From positions 248,001-312,000 of the forward strand of contig QPMI01000520.1 of assembly GCA_004431415.1 (NCBI GenBank): a stretch of 64,000 bases of DNA. Reading direction: 5' to 3'. Shown piece after piece: positions 60,481 through 64,000 of the stretch; the stretch's first letter is position 1, and every line of letters starts with the position of its first letter. Below the pieces are notes generated by a model. It did not search any database and had not been told where the DNA came from. It saw nothing but the letters and a program-made list of their open reading frames with translations. The translations under genes and the position numbers were made by a program. Source of the DNA: Cyanophora paradoxa CCMP329 (Eukaryota > Plantae > Glaucophyta).

Positions 60481-60901
60481 CCGCAAGTACAAAGCGCGCC
60501 AAAGCGGCGCGAGCAGCTCGCGCAGGCGGCGGCTGCAACACGAGAGCGCCGCGAGGCTCAGCGCTGTGCAACGATGATCAGGTTTTTAAAGACGGGGTGC
60601 ATGGCGCGTCCAGGGGCGGCGCACGTTTACACGTCTTTGCGCAGTAAAGAATGAGATCGTCCGGCAGGTCTTCCAGCTGCAGGCCCATGATGCGGACTTC
60701 TGACAAGGGGGTACCACTGACAGCTTGAATTCGGAAAAAACAACAACGGCCGCTCTCCTCGAAGATGGCAGGACGCCCGCCGCCAGGACCCAGCCGCCCG
60801 CAGCAGCAGAGCGCCAGCGCCAGCAGAGGTCAGATTCCCGCCCGTGTGGTCTTTTGCTCTCGCTGACTTGGGGCTGGCACTCGTTTCGCGTCCGCAGAGC
60901 C

Positions 60902-63056
60902 ATGGGAGGTGCAAGACGCTCAGTAGCGTTGATATTGCACATCTTTTGCTAACCTGACAGCCGCTTCGCCCCGCAGATCGACCCTAGCACGATTACTCTC
61001 TCAAGGTCGGTCCGGCGGAGCCCTCTCAGCTCGCCCGTGCAGACGCTGTGAGCGGTTGAGCTTATTCTATATGCGCTTGCCTGCAGTGCCCTGGTGCGCC
61101 GCCTCGAGGAGCAGCAGCCACGCGACGGCGCCCCGCCCCACCCCGCCCCGCCCCACCCCGCCCCGCCCTCGTACTGAGCGAGGCGCGCGGCAAAAAAGGG
61201 ACGCGGCGGCTTCGGTATCGTGCACAAGGCACGATGGGCTGTACGTCCCTCTCGGCCCGACCAGCCGGCCCACGCCTGACTCCCCAGCGTACAGGGCCAG
61301 AAGGTGGCTGTAAAGAAGCTCGTGAACAGCGCTGCGATGAATGCAGAGACGCGGGAGGAGTTTAAGCAGGAAGCACGGTGCAGGCTCTTGTCGACGCGTA
61401 CATCGCAGACAGCGGCCGCGCTGACGGCAGCGCTGCAGGTTGCTGTCAGTCCTTCGGCACCCTAACATCGTGCGCTGCTCCCACCTTCCAGCGCAGCGAT
61501 CGCCTCTAATCGCAAACCCTGCAGATCAACGTGCGCCAGAGCACGCCCCGGGCCGCAGCGCCCGCAATAACAAACGCTGTCGCGCAGTTCTTTGGAGCAT
61601 GTGTCTCTGATCCTCAGAACATGATGATCGTTACCGAATACTGCCACGGCGGCAACTTGTTCGACTACATCCGCAACGTGAGCCCCCTGTCTCCCTCTCC
61701 CGTTGGCGCCGACTTCCTCTCACACTCGCCGTCTCAGAACCAGCTGGTGATGGAGAGGAAGCTGGAGATCCTGCGCGACGTCGCCTGCGGCATGCTGTAC
61801 CTGCTCAACTACCGCAACCCGCCCATCCTGCACCGCGACCTGAAGAGCCCCAACGTCCTCCTCGCCCGCGACGGGACGGCGAAGCTCTGCGACTTCGGGT
61901 ACGCCCGCGTAAAGACGGAGGCGATGCGTCTGTCCGGCATCCTCGGCACGCCCCAGTGGATGGCCCCCGGTCCGCCCTCATTGGCTTCCGCGTCTTCGCC
62001 CGCTGAGCGGTTTTTTCTCCCACAGAGGTTCTCAAGGGAGAGCTGAACGCGACAGGTTATTTTCCTCACATCCTTCCTCTATCTACTCCTCTGACGCCGC
62101 CCCCGCAGAGAAGAGCGACGTCTTCAGTTTCGGTGCCCCTTCCCGCGCCCCCCTCCGCCTCCCTTCCCGTACCCCTCGCCGACGGCGGGCGCAGGCGTGA
62201 TCATGTGGGAGGTGGCGGGGAACACGGCGAGGATGCCGTGGGAGGGCGTCGGCCCACACCAGATCGTCAAGCGCGTCGTCAAGGGCGAGCGGTTACCCAT
62301 CACCCCGGACCACGACCCCTGGTGCGCTCCTCCCGCCTTTTCCCGGGTTCCTTTCCTCACGGGGGGCGTGCAGGCTGGCACAGCTAATCCCGCGCTGCTG
62401 GAAGGCGGACCCGAGGGAGCGGCCGTCGTTCCGCGAGCTTTCGGAGCTGATCCAGGGGCGCCTCGACGAGCTCACGGGCAGGCAGTCCTTCGGCCCCGGG
62501 CCCGGCTTTAGCCCCGCCGACAAGTACAGCCCCGGCAACAGTGCGCCCTTCCTCGGCCCCGCCCTGTGCTCTCCTGACGGGGCCCTCGACCCCTCAGGCA
62601 CGTGGTCGCCCGCGAGCAAGCTCACGACACCGGATCGCAAGCTCTCGGTGCCCTCGTTCGGGACGCCCGTGCAGGGCAGCCCGCTGCGCGGCGGGCCCTC
62701 CACGTTCCGAAACGACACCTTCTCCGCTGTCCGTTTTCTTTCCCTTTCTTGTGGCTCGCTCTGAACCGCGCGCCGCGCAGTGCCTGCCGAACTTCCTTGC
62801 GGAGAAGGTCGGACTCACGTCGAGCGGCCTGAAGACGATGGGCCTCGGCGGCCTCTGCACCTCTTCTTGTCTAGACGGCCTGCGAGACAAGCTTGAAGAG
62901 TTTTTGAGCGCGGAGGACCACGGGCGAAGCAAGCCCACATCGGCCCACTCCTCTTCTTCTTCTGTCGCGGAGCCAGCCCAAGAACAGACTCAACGATGGA
63001 TCGGCTATACCAAGAGGCCGCCCCGCATCGTCCCGCCCCCTCATTTGCAGAAATAG
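60902..63056 (+). CDS. TKL-group Ser/Thr protein kinase
   Basis: GRGGFGIV, VAVKKL, LRHPNI, IVTEYCHGGNL, HRDLKSPNVLL, DFG, GTPQWMAPE, KSDVFSFGVIMWE, CWKADPRERPSF. Confidence 0.92.
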
Positions 63057-63322
63057 TGTTCGCCTCTCAGCTCGCAGGCCCACCCTCGTATACAGATCAG
63101 CCCCCCTCTTTGTTTCTCCCGTTTCCTTTTTCTTAGCCCGCACCTACGAATGACATCATGCACAGCGACGGAGAGCGCTTGCGGGCTGCCCCAATGCGAA
63201 TGCGGGGTGGAACTAGAAGGCCAGCCCTCCCCGCAGCGCCATCAGACAAGCCTGAAAGAGAGAATGTTTTCTTGACTAGCATACGAGGCCTATACGCTAT
63301 ACACAGCATGTCATAAGCAGTC

Positions 63323-64000
<678 letters not shown>

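Overview
GC-rich, very intron-dense eukaryotic DNA. An alga or protist is suggested by a CBM20-bearing DPE2 and an RWP-RK domain; this is inference only. Most long ORFs in the supplied track are shadow frames; the real genes appear only after splicing out many ~45-130 nt introns, a large share of which use GC donors (consensus GYSCGC). Recognisable host genes: Spc24, a TBC-like protein, DPE2 4-alpha-glucanotransferase, PTC7-type PP2C, PRA1, USP5/UBP14, an F-box protein, ARP4, an Ldh_2 oxidoreductase, gluconokinase, GST, an MFS transporter, a TKL kinase and Rab11. The centre holds a ~20.5 kb nested insertion (~27.3-47.76 kb) that splits an SLC16/MCT-type transporter gene between exon 1 and exon 2. 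The insertion has four parts. (i) A head-to-tail dimer of a 1813-bp AT-rich unit ending in a GC hairpin (rolling-circle-like). (ii) An intact 8.7-kb L1/Tx1-like LINE inserted into the second unit, with a CTTGCCAAA target duplication, a (CTT)n tail and apparent spliceosomal introns in ORF1. (iii) A frameshifted RWP-RK gene and a palindrome-rich tandem array. (iv) An intron-containing gene joining a giant-virus-style Zn-ribbon/23-aa-repeat/PD-(D/E)xK endonuclease to an OTU protease and a C-terminal PCNA-binding PIP box, which is the best candidate for an undescribed mobile system. All assignments are from motif recognition by eye; no database searches were run.
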